From assembly GCA_036732025.1 (NCBI GenBank), contig DAINDE010000009.1, forward strand, positions 10,941 to 74,940: DNA of 64,000 bases. Reading direction: 5' to 3'. Below the pieces are notes generated by a model that was not told the DNA's origin, searched no databases, and worked only from the letters and a program-made list of their open reading frames with translations. The position numbers and the translations under genes were made by a program. Below, in pieces: positions 26,739 to 35,746 of the stretch. The stretch comes from Rhodocyclaceae bacterium. Its GTDB lineage: Bacteria > Pseudomonadota > Gammaproteobacteria > Burkholderiales > Rhodocyclaceae. Within the stretch, counting starts at the first letter, position 1, and each line of letters starts with the position of its first letter.

Positions 26739-28618
26739 GCAGCCAGTTCCAGTTGCTGCAGGAGCGCCGCTTCCGGCCCTTCTTCTTCACCCAGTTCCTG
26801 GGGGCCTTCAACGACAACGTCTTCAAGACCGCCCTGATCACCCTGGTGACCTTTCGTGCCGGGCAACTGACCGACATCGACGGCAAGACCCTGGCAACCT
26901 TGCTGCCGGGGCTCTTCATCCTGCCCTTCTTCCTCTTTTCCGCCACCAGCGGACAGATCGCCGACAAATTCGAAAAATCCGCCGTCGCCCGGGCGGTCAA
27001 GGTCTTCGAGATCGGCATCATGTTGCTCGCCGCCTGGGGTTTCCTCAACAACAGCCTGTGGCCCCTGGTGGGCGCCCTGTTCCTGATGGGCGTACATTCG
27101 ACCCTGTTCGGGCCGGTGAAATACTCCTACCTGCCCCAGCACCTCAGGGAAGAGGAACTGGTCGGCGGCAACGGCATGATCGAGATGGGAACCTTCGTCG
27201 CCATCCTGGTGGGGGAGATCCTCGGCGCCTGGCTGGCCACCTCAAGCTTCGGCCCCGGCCTTACCGCCGCCGTGGTGGTGGGGGTGGCGGTGGCAGGCTA
27301 CTGGGTGAGCCGGAGCATTCCCCTGTCGCCCGCCGCCGACCCGGGCCTGAAGATCAACTGGAACCCGGTCACGGAAACCTGGAACAACCTGCGCTTTGCC
27401 CATGGCAACCGGACCGTGTGGCTTTCCCTCCTGGGCATCTCCTGGTTCTGGTTCTACGGGGCTACGGTGCTGGCCCAGTTCCCCACCTACGCCAAGGAGG
27501 TACTCCATGGCGACGAGAGCGTTTTCATCCTCCTGCTGGCGGTATTCTCCTTCGGCATCGGCGCCGGTTCGCTCCTCTGCGAAAAGCTCTCCGGGCACAA
27601 GGTGGAGATCGGCCTGGTTCCCTTCGGCGCCATCGGCCTCACGGTCTTCGGCGTCGAACTCTACTTCGCCACGCCGGGAGGCCTGGCGCCGACGGAGCAG
27701 TGGAACTGGTCGGCCTTCCTCGGCCAGGCAGCACACTGGCGCGTGCTTGCCGACGTGGTCCTGCTCGGGCTCTTCGGCGGCTTCTACATCGTTCCCCTCT
27801 ATGCCCTGATCCAGACCCGCAGCGAGAAGAGCCACCAGTCCCGGGTCATCGCCGCCAACAACATCCTCAACGCCTTGTTCATGGTGGTCTCGGCCCTGGT
27901 GTCGATGGTGCTGTTCCAGCTTGGGCTGACCATTCCGCAGCTATTCCTGGCGACGGCGCTGTTCAACGCGGTGGTGGCGATCTACATCTATTCGCTGGTG
28001 CCGGAATTTCTCCTGCGCTTCATCGTCTGGATGCTGATCCATACCATCTACCGCCTCGACTGCCGTGGCGTCGAGGAACAGGTGCCGGACCAGGGCGGCG
28101 CCCTTATCGTCTGCAACCACGTGAGCTTCGTCGACGCCCTGGTGATCGCCGCCGCCTGCCGTCGTCCGATCCGCTTCATCACCGACCACAATGTCTTCCG
28201 GCTGCCGATCCTGAACTTCGTATTCCGGGAATCCCGGGCCATTCCCATCGCTTCCGCCAAGGAAGACCCGGCGATGATGGAGCGGGCCTTCGACGAAGCC
28301 GCCCGCGCCCTGGCGGCGGGCGAGCTGGTCGGTATCTTTCCCGAGGGGAAGGTGAGCGAGGACGGGGATATCCACACCTTCCGCCCGGGGTTTCGCCGTA
28401 TCCTGGAGCGCAGTCCGGCGCCGGTGGTGCCCCTGGCCCTGCGCGGCCTGTGGGGGAGCTTCTTTTCCCGGGTGGAGGGCAGCGCCATGAAGCGGCCGTT
28501 CCGCCGGGGGATGTTCTCGCGCATCGCCCTGGTGGCGGGGACGCCCATTCCGCCGGCGGAGGCATCGCCGGAGCGCCTGCAGGCGGCGGTGACGGCCCTG
28601 CGGGGCGAGCAACGCTAA
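26735..28618 (+). CDS. lplT: lysophospholipid transporter LplT (MFS) fused to a C-terminal PlsC-type acyltransferase
   Basis: 627 aa from ATG 26735 (ATGA overlap with the upstream stop). MSSQFQLLQERRFRPFFFTQFLGAFNDNVFK and 12 TM-like segments are typical of LplT. The C-terminal domain has the HX4D box NHVSFVDA and FPEGKVSEDG. Confidence 0.85.
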   Translation: MSSQFQLLQERRFRPFFFTQFLGAFNDNVFKTALITLVTFRAGQLTDIDGKTLATLLPGLFILPFFLFSATSGQIADKFEKSAVARAVKVFEIGIMLLAAWGFLNNSLWPLVGALFLMGVHSTLFGPVKYSYLPQHLREEELVGGNGMIEMGTFVAILVGEILGAWLATSSFGPGLTAAVVVGVAVAGYWVSRSIPLSPAADPGLKINWNPVTETWNNLRFAHGNRTVWLSLLGISWFWFYGATVLAQFPTYAKEVLHGDESVFILLLAVFSFGIGAGSLLCEKLSGHKVEIGLVPFGAIGLTVFGVELYFATPGGLAPTEQWNWSAFLGQAAHWRVLADVVLLGLFGGFYIVPLYALIQTRSEKSHQSRVIAANNILNALFMVVSALVSMVLFQLGLTIPQLFLATALFNAVVAIYIYSLVPEFLLRFIVWMLIHTIYRLDCRGVEEQVPDQGGALIVCNHVSFVDALVIAAACRRPIRFITDHNVFRLPILNFVFRESRAIPIASAKEDPAMMERAFDEAARALAAGELVGIFPEGKVSEDGDIHTFRPGFRRILERSPAPVVPLALRGLWGSFFSRVEGSAMKRPFRRGMFSRIALVAGTPIPPAEASPERLQAAVTALRGEQR

Positions 28619-28627
28619 GGAGGAATC

Positions 28628-28900
28628 ATGGTGAACGCCCTGGTCGTCATCCTCAAGGTGCTGGTGCTGGCCCTCGGACTGGGTCTGCTGTTCGGGGGTG
28701 GGGCGTGCCTGGCTTTCCTGGTGCCGGAAGCCCTGCGCGCCGGCAACGGGGGCGACATCGCGCCCTTCCTGCTGATTTCCCTGGTGGTGGCGGGGGTGGG
28801 GCTGCTCCTGGTGCTGGCGATGATCCGGGCCCTGCGCCGACGCGACAAGGCGCCGGCATCCGGGGTCTCCGGGGGTGATTCCTGGCCGGACGGCCGATAA
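28628..28900 (+). CDS. two-TM miniprotein, paralogue 1 (90 aa)
   Basis: AAGGAGG RBS 28617-28623. Basic n-region, hydrophobic stretch, GGGAC (Cys27), a short loop, a second TM, RRRD, then a disordered tail. Confidence 0.7.
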   Translation: MVNALVVILKVLVLALGLGLLFGGGACLAFLVPEALRAGNGGDIAPFLLISLVVAGVGLLLVLAMIRALRRRDKAPASGVSGGDSWPDGR

Positions 28901-28918
28901 GGGGGAAAGGGGAAAACC

Positions 28919-31642
28919 ATGTGGCTGGTCGGCATGATCGTGGGGCTGGTGCTGGGGGCGCCCTTCGGCAGCGAAGCGGCGGTGGGCGGGGCGCTCATGG
29001 GCCTGCTGGCGGGCGTGGTTGCCGGATCGCTGCGCAAGCCGCAGGAAGGCGAGACCACGGCGGCCACGGCGCAGCGCCTGCAGTTGCTGGAGCAGCAGGT
29101 GGCCTGGCTGCATCGGGAAACCCAGCGCCTGCGGGGCGAACTGGCGGCGTTGCGGGGAGGCGAGGCGCCTGCCGGGGCCACGTCGCCCCCGGCGGAGGTG
29201 CCGCCAGAGGCTATGCCCGAAACGCCCCCGGCCGTTGCCGAAGCGCCGGCCGTCTTCATCGACGAGACGCCGACCCGGCCGGGCATCGATCTGCCGGCCG
29301 CCGAGCCGGCGCCAGCGGTGCGGCCCGGGCCGGCCCCGGTGCCACCGGAGCCGACCCTCTGGCAGCGGCTCATGGCCGGCAACCCCCTGGCCAAGATCGG
29401 CGTCGTCCTGCTCTTCTTCGGCGTCGCCTCAGCCCTGCGGCTGGCGGCGGACTACGGCTTCCTGCCGGTACCGTTGCGCCTGCTGCTGGGAGCGGTGGCG
29501 GGGACGGCGATGATCGCCTTCGGCTGGCACAAGGTGCGCCAGGGCGGCCACTTCGCCTTCGCCATCGCCCTCCAGGGGGGCGGCTTCGCCATCCTCTACC
29601 TGATCGTCTACTTCATGCTGGCCCGCTACGGCCTGCTCGGGCCGACGCCGTCCTTCGCCCTCTTCGCCATTCTCGGTGTGGTCTGCGTGCTCCTGGCCGC
29701 CGCCCAGGATGGCGTGGTGCTGGCGGTGTTCGGCCTGGCCGGCGCCTTCGCCGCGCCGGTGCTGGCCTCCACCGGCAGTGGCGAGCCCCTGGGCCTCTTC
29801 GGTTACTTCGTCCTGCTCAACGCCTTCATCGTCGGCGTCTCCTGGTTCAAGGCCTGGCGGCCGCTCAACGTCACCGGCTTCTTCTTCACCCTCGGCGTCG
29901 GCGTGGCCTGGGCCATGCAGCATTACCACGCCGGCCACCACGACGTGTGCCAGGGCTTCCTCATCTTCTTCTGGGCGCTCTACGCCGTGACGCCAGTGGC
30001 CATGGCCCTCTTCCGGGCGCCGGGCTGGGCGGGGTGGAGCGACGCCACCCTGGTCTTCGGCACGCCCCTGGTGGGCTTCGCCCTGCAATCGCAACTGGCG
30101 GCGGACCGCTACGAACTGGCCTGGGCGGCCTTCGCCGCGGCGCTCGCCTATGGCGCCCTGTGGGGCCTGCTCTTCCGCCGGGGCGAAGAAGAAAGCCGCC
30201 TGCTGGAGCGCTGCCAGCTCGGCCTGGCCATCGCCTTCGCCACCCTGGCGGTGCCGCTTGCCTTCGGCGTCCAGGTGACGGCAGCCTTCTGGGCCCTGGA
30301 GGGCGTCGCCGTACTGTGGTTCGGCGTGGCGCAAGCCCGGCGCCTGGCCATGGCCACCGGCGCCCTGCTGCAGGGGGCGGCCGGCGCCTATTTCCTCTAC
30401 GGCCTGGAGCGGATGCACACCGCCCTGCCGGTGATCAACGACGTCTGCCTGGGGGCCGTGCTCCTGGCCGGGGCCGGCTTCGCCAGTGCCCGCCTGTTGC
30501 GCCGCTTCGCCGAGGGGCCGGCGGCGGGGGCGCTGCTGTGGGCCTTCGCCTGGTGGTGCTTCGCCGGCGGCTTCGAGCTCGACCGCCTTGCCTCCCCATC
30601 CCTCGGCGTGCCGCTCATGCTCGCCTACGTCGCCGGCTCCCTGGCGGCCCTGGAAATCCTCGGCCGGAGCGAGGGCTGGCGGGCGGCCCGCCACCTATCG
30701 TTGCTGCTCCTGCCCGCTCTCTGGCTGGCGGCGGCCTCCACCTTCGATCACGACCACCATTTCCTGGCCGGCCTGATGGTCATCGTCCTGCCCCTGGCCC
30801 TGGGGCTTCATTACTGGGTACTCGCCCGGCAGGAGGCGGACGAAGCGGCCCTGTGGCCGACGCTGCGCCACGTGGGCGGCTTCTGGCTCGCCATGGCGCT
30901 GGTTACCGTGGAACTGGCCTGGCTGGGCGACCGCCTGGCGCCGGGGGTACGGCTGTGGCCGCTGCTCGCCGCCGCCGTCGGCCCGGCCCTGGGCCTCTGG
31001 GCGGCGCTCGCCGGCGAGCGCCGGCAACTACCGCCGGTGGCCGGCCACGGCTTCGCCTACCTGGGCTTCGGGGCGCTGCTGCCGGCGGTGTTCCTGGCCG
31101 GCTGGTCCGTCTTCGCCAACTTCGACCATGCCGGGGGCGGTTCTGGCCTGCCCTACGTGCCTATCCTCAATCCCTTCGACCTGGTGCAACTGGCCGCCAT
31201 GGGCGCGCTTTTCGCCTGGTTGTGCAAACTTGACGAAGAACCCATGGCCGGCATGCCGGTGCCGCGACCCGCCTGGGTGGGCGTCCTCGCCTTCATCTGG
31301 GTGAGCTGCCTCGCCGCCCGCATTGCTCACCATTGGGGCGGCGTTCCCTTCACCGGCCATCACCTGTGGCAGTCCACCCTGCTGCAGGCGCTGCTGACGC
31401 TCTTGTGGACAGCGCTCGCCATCGCCGCCATGATCGCCGCCACCCGGGTCGGGGTGCGCCGCCTTTGGCAGGGGGGCTTCGCCCTGCTGGCGGTGGTGGG
31501 GGCCAAGCTGATGCTGGTCGATCTGGCCAACGCCGGTACCCTGGTGTGGACCGGCTCCCTCATCGGCGTCGCCCTGCTGGTGTTGGCCGCCGGCTACTTC
31601 GCCCCGGCGCCGCCGGCGGCCGACAAGGAGAAAACGACATGA
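28919..31642 (+). CDS. DUF2339-type polytopic membrane protein
   Basis: 907 aa. N-terminal TM, coiled coil (QRLQLLEQQVAWLHRETQRLRGELAAL) and a Pro-rich linker. These are followed by more than 15 predicted TM helices starting NPLAKIGVVLLFFGVASALRLAADYG. The family name is from memory. Confidence 0.75.
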   Translation: MWLVGMIVGLVLGAPFGSEAAVGGALMGLLAGVVAGSLRKPQEGETTAATAQRLQLLEQQVAWLHRETQRLRGELAALRGGEAPAGATSPPAEVPPEAMPETPPAVAEAPAVFIDETPTRPGIDLPAAEPAPAVRPGPAPVPPEPTLWQRLMAGNPLAKIGVVLLFFGVASALRLAADYGFLPVPLRLLLGAVAGTAMIAFGWHKVRQGGHFAFAIALQGGGFAILYLIVYFMLARYGLLGPTPSFALFAILGVVCVLLAAAQDGVVLAVFGLAGAFAAPVLASTGSGEPLGLFGYFVLLNAFIVGVSWFKAWRPLNVTGFFFTLGVGVAWAMQHYHAGHHDVCQGFLIFFWALYAVTPVAMALFRAPGWAGWSDATLVFGTPLVGFALQSQLAADRYELAWAAFAAALAYGALWGLLFRRGEEESRLLERCQLGLAIAFATLAVPLAFGVQVTAAFWALEGVAVLWFGVAQARRLAMATGALLQGAAGAYFLYGLERMHTALPVINDVCLGAVLLAGAGFASARLLRRFAEGPAAGALLWAFAWWCFAGGFELDRLASPSLGVPLMLAYVAGSLAALEILGRSEGWRAARHLSLLLLPALWLAAASTFDHDHHFLAGLMVIVLPLALGLHYWVLARQEADEAALWPTLRHVGGFWLAMALVTVELAWLGDRLAPGVRLWPLLAAAVGPALGLWAALAGERRQLPPVAGHGFAYLGFGALLPAVFLAGWSVFANFDHAGGGSGLPYVPILNPFDLVQLAAMGALFAWLCKLDEEPMAGMPVPRPAWVGVLAFIWVSCLAARIAHHWGGVPFTGHHLWQSTLLQALLTLLWTALAIAAMIAATRVGVRRLWQGGFALLAVVGAKLMLVDLANAGTLVWTGSLIGVALLVLAAGYFAPAPPAADKEKTT

Positions 31643-31950
31643 ACGAATTGCTCAGAGTGCTCTGGATCGTTGCCAAGGGCATCTTACTGCTCGTCGGCGT
31701 CGCCGCCATCCTGGCCGGCGGCATCTGCGGCGCCATCCTGACCCCCGGCGCCCTCGGCCACGACAGCATGGCGCGGGAGTTCCTGATGATTGCCGGCATC
31801 GTCTTCGTCGTCGGCCTGGCCATCGCCATTCCCGCCTGGAAGAGCCTGCGCCGCGACCACCGGGAGGCGCGGGCCAGGCTGGACGCGGAGCTGGAGGCGA
31901 TCCGGCGGCGAGGGGACGGATCGGGCCCCGGCGACGGAGGTGGGCAATAA
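31639..31950 (+). CDS. two-TM miniprotein, paralogue 2 (103 aa)
   Basis: ATGA overlap with the DUF2339 stop. MNELLRVLWIVAKGILLLVGVAAILAGGIC (Cys30), a loop, a second TM, SLRRD, then a charged tail. Only the last 103 codons of the 205-aa track ORF are credible. Confidence 0.7.
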   Translation: MNELLRVLWIVAKGILLLVGVAAILAGGICGAILTPGALGHDSMAREFLMIAGIVFVVGLAIAIPAWKSLRRDHREARARLDAELEAIRRRGDGSGPGDGGGQ

Positions 31951-32184
31951 ATGGATTTCCTCAAGTTCCTCTTCAAGGCCTGTGTCCTGATCCTGGGGCT
32001 GTTGCTCATCGCCGGCGGCGGCCTGGTGAGTCTGTGCGGGGTGCTGGTCCACGACGGCTCCGTCCTGCTCCTCGGATTCTTGCCGCTTGCACTCGGCATC
32101 CTTGGTCTGGTGTTTGTTTTCCGGGGTAAGCCGACGCAGGATTCCGGGGCCGGGTCGCCCAACAGCCCGGAGAATCTGCCTTGA
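31951..32184 (+). CDS. two-TM miniprotein, paralogue 3 (77 aa)
   Basis: The ATG immediately follows the TAA of the previous gene. MDFLKFLFKACVLILGLLLIAGGGLVSLC (Cys29), a loop, a second TM, FRGK, then a Ser/Pro/Gly tail. Confidence 0.7.
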   Translation: MDFLKFLFKACVLILGLLLIAGGGLVSLCGVLVHDGSVLLLGFLPLALGILGLVFVFRGKPTQDSGAGSPNSPENLP

Positions 32185-32930
32185 TCGCTCCGCAATACGC
32201 AGCCTTTGTACATGGCTGCTTTGAAATGCTGGCCCTGGCCGCCGGGGTCGCCTACTACCGCCGCCTGCGGGCGCGGGCGGGGGGCGGCGATCTGCTGCAC
32301 GGCGCCGAGTTCGCCGTCGCCGCCGGCTGCATCTTCGGCGCTGCCCTGGGCAACAAGCTGGTCTTCTGGGCCGAGGTGCCCCACCTGCTGCCGCTCTATT
32401 GGGACAGGCCGGAAGCCTGGCTGGGTGGGCAGTCCATGGTGGGTGGCCTGCTCGGCGGGCTGATCGGCGTCGAGATCGCCAAGAAGCTCACCGGGGTTGT
32501 CCGCTCCACCGGCGATGCCTTCGTCTTCCCCGTCCTCCTCGGGCTGATGATCGGCCGCGTCGGCTGCTTCCTTGCCGGGCTGGCCGACGGTACCTATGGT
32601 CTGCCGACGGGGCTGCCCTGGGGAGTGGATTTCGGCGACGGTATTCGCCGGCATCCGACCCAGCTCTACGAAATCGCTTTCGCCGGGGTGATGTGGCTTG
32701 CCTTGCGGTATTTGCAACCGTCCCTTGCCGGGCAACCCGGCTTGCTCTTCAAGACAATGCTCTGCGCCTATCTCGTCTGGCGGCTGGCGATCGATTCCCT
32801 CAAGCCCGTGCCCTTTGCTTATCCCTTCGGGGCTTCCGGCATCCAGTGGGTTTGCCTGGTTGCCCTGGTCGCCTATCTTCCGCTGGCCTGGCGGCAATGG
32901 CAGCGGCTCAGGCACTTGGCCACTGCCTGA
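32181..32930 (+). CDS. diverged prolipoprotein diacylglyceryl transferase (Lgt) family protein
   Basis: 249 aa with TTG start overlapping the upstream stop; an alternative ATG is at 32226. Three blocks are collinear with the Lgt motifs GGMSFHGGLIG, GRLGNFINGE and RHPSQLYE as I recall them from E. coli: GGQSMVGGLLGGLIG, GRVGCFLAGLADG and RRHPTQLYE. Confidence 0.8.
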   Translation: MIAPQYAAFVHGCFEMLALAAGVAYYRRLRARAGGGDLLHGAEFAVAAGCIFGAALGNKLVFWAEVPHLLPLYWDRPEAWLGGQSMVGGLLGGLIGVEIAKKLTGVVRSTGDAFVFPVLLGLMIGRVGCFLAGLADGTYGLPTGLPWGVDFGDGIRRHPTQLYEIAFAGVMWLALRYLQPSLAGQPGLLFKTMLCAYLVWRLAIDSLKPVPFAYPFGASGIQWVCLVALVAYLPLAWRQWQRLRHLATA

Positions 32931-33007
32931 AACCATGCAAATCACGGAATCGGATTCCACGATTACAAGGATGTTCGAGTGCCATCCATCTCCCTGAGAA
33001 ACCCAAA

Positions 33008-34432
33008 ATGACCCGCAAAAACCGCCCCTGGCTCTTTTACGACACCACCGCCTCCGTCTGCACCACCTGCCTGCGCCAGGTGGAGGCCAAGGTGGTCATC
33101 AAGGGGGACGAGGTCTTCCTCGACAAGTGGTGCCCGGCCCACGGCAGCGAGCGGGTGCTGATCGCCGACGATGCCGATTACTACCGCCTGGGCCGCGAGG
33201 TGTACGTCAAGGCGCCGGAAATGCCGGAGCGCTTCAACACGGAAATGCGCCACGGTTGCCCTTACGACTGCGGCCTTTGCCCGGACCACATGCAGCATTC
33301 CTGCCTCTCGGTGGTGGAGATCACCGAGCACTGCAACCTGCGCTGCCCGGTGTGCTACGCGGAATCGGGGCCGGAGCGGCAGGCCCATCGGTCGCTGGCG
33401 GAGGTGGAGGCCATGCTCGACACCGTCGTCGCCAACGAGGGGGAGCCGGATGTCGTGCAGCTTTCCGGCGGCGAGCCGACCCTGCACCCGGACTTCTTCG
33501 CCATCCTCGACGCCGCCAAGGCCCGGCCCATCCGCCATCTGATGATCAATACCAACGGCCTGCGGCTGGCCAGGGAGCCGGACTTCGTCGCCCGCCTGGC
33601 GGCCTACAGGCCGGGGATCGAGATCTATCTGCAGTTCGATTCCCTGCGGGACGAGGTTCTGCAACAGTTGCGGGGCGCCGATCTGGCCGAGATCCACGAG
33701 CGGGCCCTGGCCAACCTGGAAGCCCACGGCATCTCGACCACCCTCGTCATGACCGTCAAGCGCGGGGTGAACGATGGCGAGATCGGCGCCGTCATCCGCC
33801 ACGGCCTCAAATACCGCTGCGTGCGCGGCGTCACCCTGCAGCCGGTGTCCGACGCCGGCCGCAACCTGGATTTCGACGCTCGCCGCCATCGCCTGACGGT
33901 GAGCGAGGTGCGCCGCCGCGTCGCCGAGCAGTCGGCGTTGTTCAGCCTCGACGACATCGTTCCCGTTCCCTGCAACCCGGACACCCTGGCCATGGGCTAC
34001 GCCGTCAAGCTGGGCGGCGAGGTGCTGCCCCTGACCCGCCACCTGGGGCCGGAAGCCCTGCTGGCCGGGCCGCGCAACACCATCGTCTTCGAGCGCGATC
34101 CGGCGATGAAGGAGGCCGTGTTCAAGCTCTTCTCCACCAACCACTCGCCGGAGACGCAAGCCAACTGCCTGTCGGCGCTCCTCTGTTGCCTGCCGACGGT
34201 GGCGGCGCCGGAGCTGAGCTACGAAAACGTCTTCCGCGTCCTCATCGTCCAGTTCATGGACGCCGCCAACCTGGACCTGCGGGCGTTGAAGAAATCCTGC
34301 GTCCATTTCGCCCAGCCCGACGGGCGCCTTATCCCCTTCGAGGCCTACAATCTTTTCTACCGGGGCGAACGGGCGGCGAAGACGGCGGAGATCCAGGCGG
34401 AAATCCGCGAGGCGGCCATGCGGCGCCGCTGA
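33008..34432 (+). CDS. radical SAM enzyme of the MJ0619 / tetraether-synthase (Tes, GDGT-MAS)-like class
   Basis: 474 aa from ATG 33008. N-terminal Cys/His knuckle SVCTTC...WCPAHG, auxiliary cluster motif GCPYDCGLCPDHMQHSC and radical SAM CNLRCPVCYA (CX3CX2C). SAM-binding LSGGEPTLHPDF and C-terminal VQFMDAANLDLRALKKSCVHFAQPDGRLIPFEAYN. The subfamily call is from memory. Confidence 0.8.
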   Translation: MTRKNRPWLFYDTTASVCTTCLRQVEAKVVIKGDEVFLDKWCPAHGSERVLIADDADYYRLGREVYVKAPEMPERFNTEMRHGCPYDCGLCPDHMQHSCLSVVEITEHCNLRCPVCYAESGPERQAHRSLAEVEAMLDTVVANEGEPDVVQLSGGEPTLHPDFFAILDAAKARPIRHLMINTNGLRLAREPDFVARLAAYRPGIEIYLQFDSLRDEVLQQLRGADLAEIHERALANLEAHGISTTLVMTVKRGVNDGEIGAVIRHGLKYRCVRGVTLQPVSDAGRNLDFDARRHRLTVSEVRRRVAEQSALFSLDDIVPVPCNPDTLAMGYAVKLGGEVLPLTRHLGPEALLAGPRNTIVFERDPAMKEAVFKLFSTNHSPETQANCLSALLCCLPTVAAPELSYENVFRVLIVQFMDAANLDLRALKKSCVHFAQPDGRLIPFEAYNLFYRGERAAKTAEIQAEIREAAMRRR

Positions 34433-34517
34433 GCCTGGGTTTTTCCCGATTCCGGTGGGGGAACCTTTGCGCGAAGCTGTAGCCTGACACACTTCCCAGC
34501 TTTTGCCGCGCCACCCG

Positions 34518-35729
34518 ATGACTGACAACAAGCCCGCCTCCCTCGCTCCCGTCCTCCTCTTCGCCGCCGGCATCGTCTGCGTGGCCATGGGCATTCGCCA
34601 CACCTTCGGCCTCTTCCTGGCGCCGATGACCACGGATCACCAGTGGGGGCGGGAGGTGTTCTCCTTCGCCATCGCCCTGCAGAACCTGGCCTGGGGCGCC
34701 GCCCAGCCCTTCGCCGGGCTGCTCGCCGACCGCTACGGCGCCAAGCGGGTGTTGTGGGGCGGCGGCGTACTCTATGCCCTGGGCCTTGCCGGCATGGCCT
34801 GGGCCAGCAACGCCACCGGCTTTGCCGCCACCGCCGGCCTGCTCATCGGCCTGGCCCAGAGCGGCACCACCTACAGCGTCGTCTTCTCGGCCCTCGGCAA
34901 GCTGGTGCCGGCCAACCGCCAGAGCTGGGCCATGGGCCTGGTGGCGGCGGCGGGTTCCTTCGGCCAGTTCCTCATGGTGCCGGTGGGCTCCGGCCTCATC
35001 GGCGGCCTGGGCTGGTTCGGCACCCTGCTGGTCTTCGCCGGGGCGGCGCTGCTCATCCTGCCCCTCGGTTCGGCCCTGGCCAGGGGCCTGGCCCCGGGTG
35101 CCGCCAGCGCCGGCCAGACGGCGGGGGAGGCGATCCGCGAAGCGGTGCGGGAGAAGAGCTTCGTCTTCCTCATGGTCAGCTACTTCGTCTGCGGCTTCCA
35201 GGTGGTGTTCATCGGCGTGCACCTGCCCACCTACCTGCTGGACAAGGGGCTGTCGGGCAACGTGGGCATGACGGCCCTGGCCCTCATCGGCCTCTTCAAC
35301 ATCGCCGGCACCTATGCCGTGGGGCAACTGGGCACCCGCTTTCCCAAGCGCTACCTGCTGGCCGGCATCTACAGCCTGCGGAGCGTGGTCATCTCGGCCT
35401 TCCTGCTGCTGCCGCTGACGCCGTGGTCGGTCTATGTCTTCGCCGCCTGCATCGGCCTCCTCTGGCTGTCCACGGTGCCGCCGACCAACGCCATCGTCGC
35501 CCAGATCTTCGGCGTCCGCTTCCTCGGCATGCTTTCCGGCCTGGTTTTCTTCAGCCACCAGATCGGCAGCTTCCTGGGGGTCTGGCTGGGCGGGCGCCTG
35601 TTCGACGCCACCGGCTCCTACGACCTGGTGTGGGGCATCTGCATCGCCCTGGGCGTGCTGGCGGCGCTTTTCAATCTGCCCATCGACGAGCGCAGCCTGG
35701 CAAGCCGGCGGGCGGCCAGTACCGCTTGA
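34518..35729 (+). CDS. MFS transporter
   Basis: 403 aa from ATG 34518 (the track ORF starts at TTG 34503). Twelve hydrophobic segments and the loop motif [12 protein letters not shown]. Confidence 0.85.
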   Translation: MTDNKPASLAPVLLFAAGIVCVAMGIRHTFGLFLAPMTTDHQWGREVFSFAIALQNLAWGAAQPFAGLLADRYGAKRVLWGGGVLYALGLAGMAWASNATGFAATAGLLIGLAQSGTTYSVVFSALGKLVPANRQSWAMGLVAAAGSFGQFLMVPVGSGLIGGLGWFGTLLVFAGAALLILPLGSALARGLAPGAASAGQTAGEAIREAVREKSFVFLMVSYFVCGFQVVFIGVHLPTYLLDKGLSGNVGMTALALIGLFNIAGTYAVGQLGTRFPKRYLLAGIYSLRSVVISAFLLLPLTPWSVYVFAACIGLLWLSTVPPTNAIVAQIFGVRFLGMLSGLVFFSHQIGSFLGVWLGGRLFDATGSYDLVWGICIALGVLAALFNLPIDERSLASRRAASTA

Positions 35730-35746
35730 AGTCGTCATGGCCCGCC

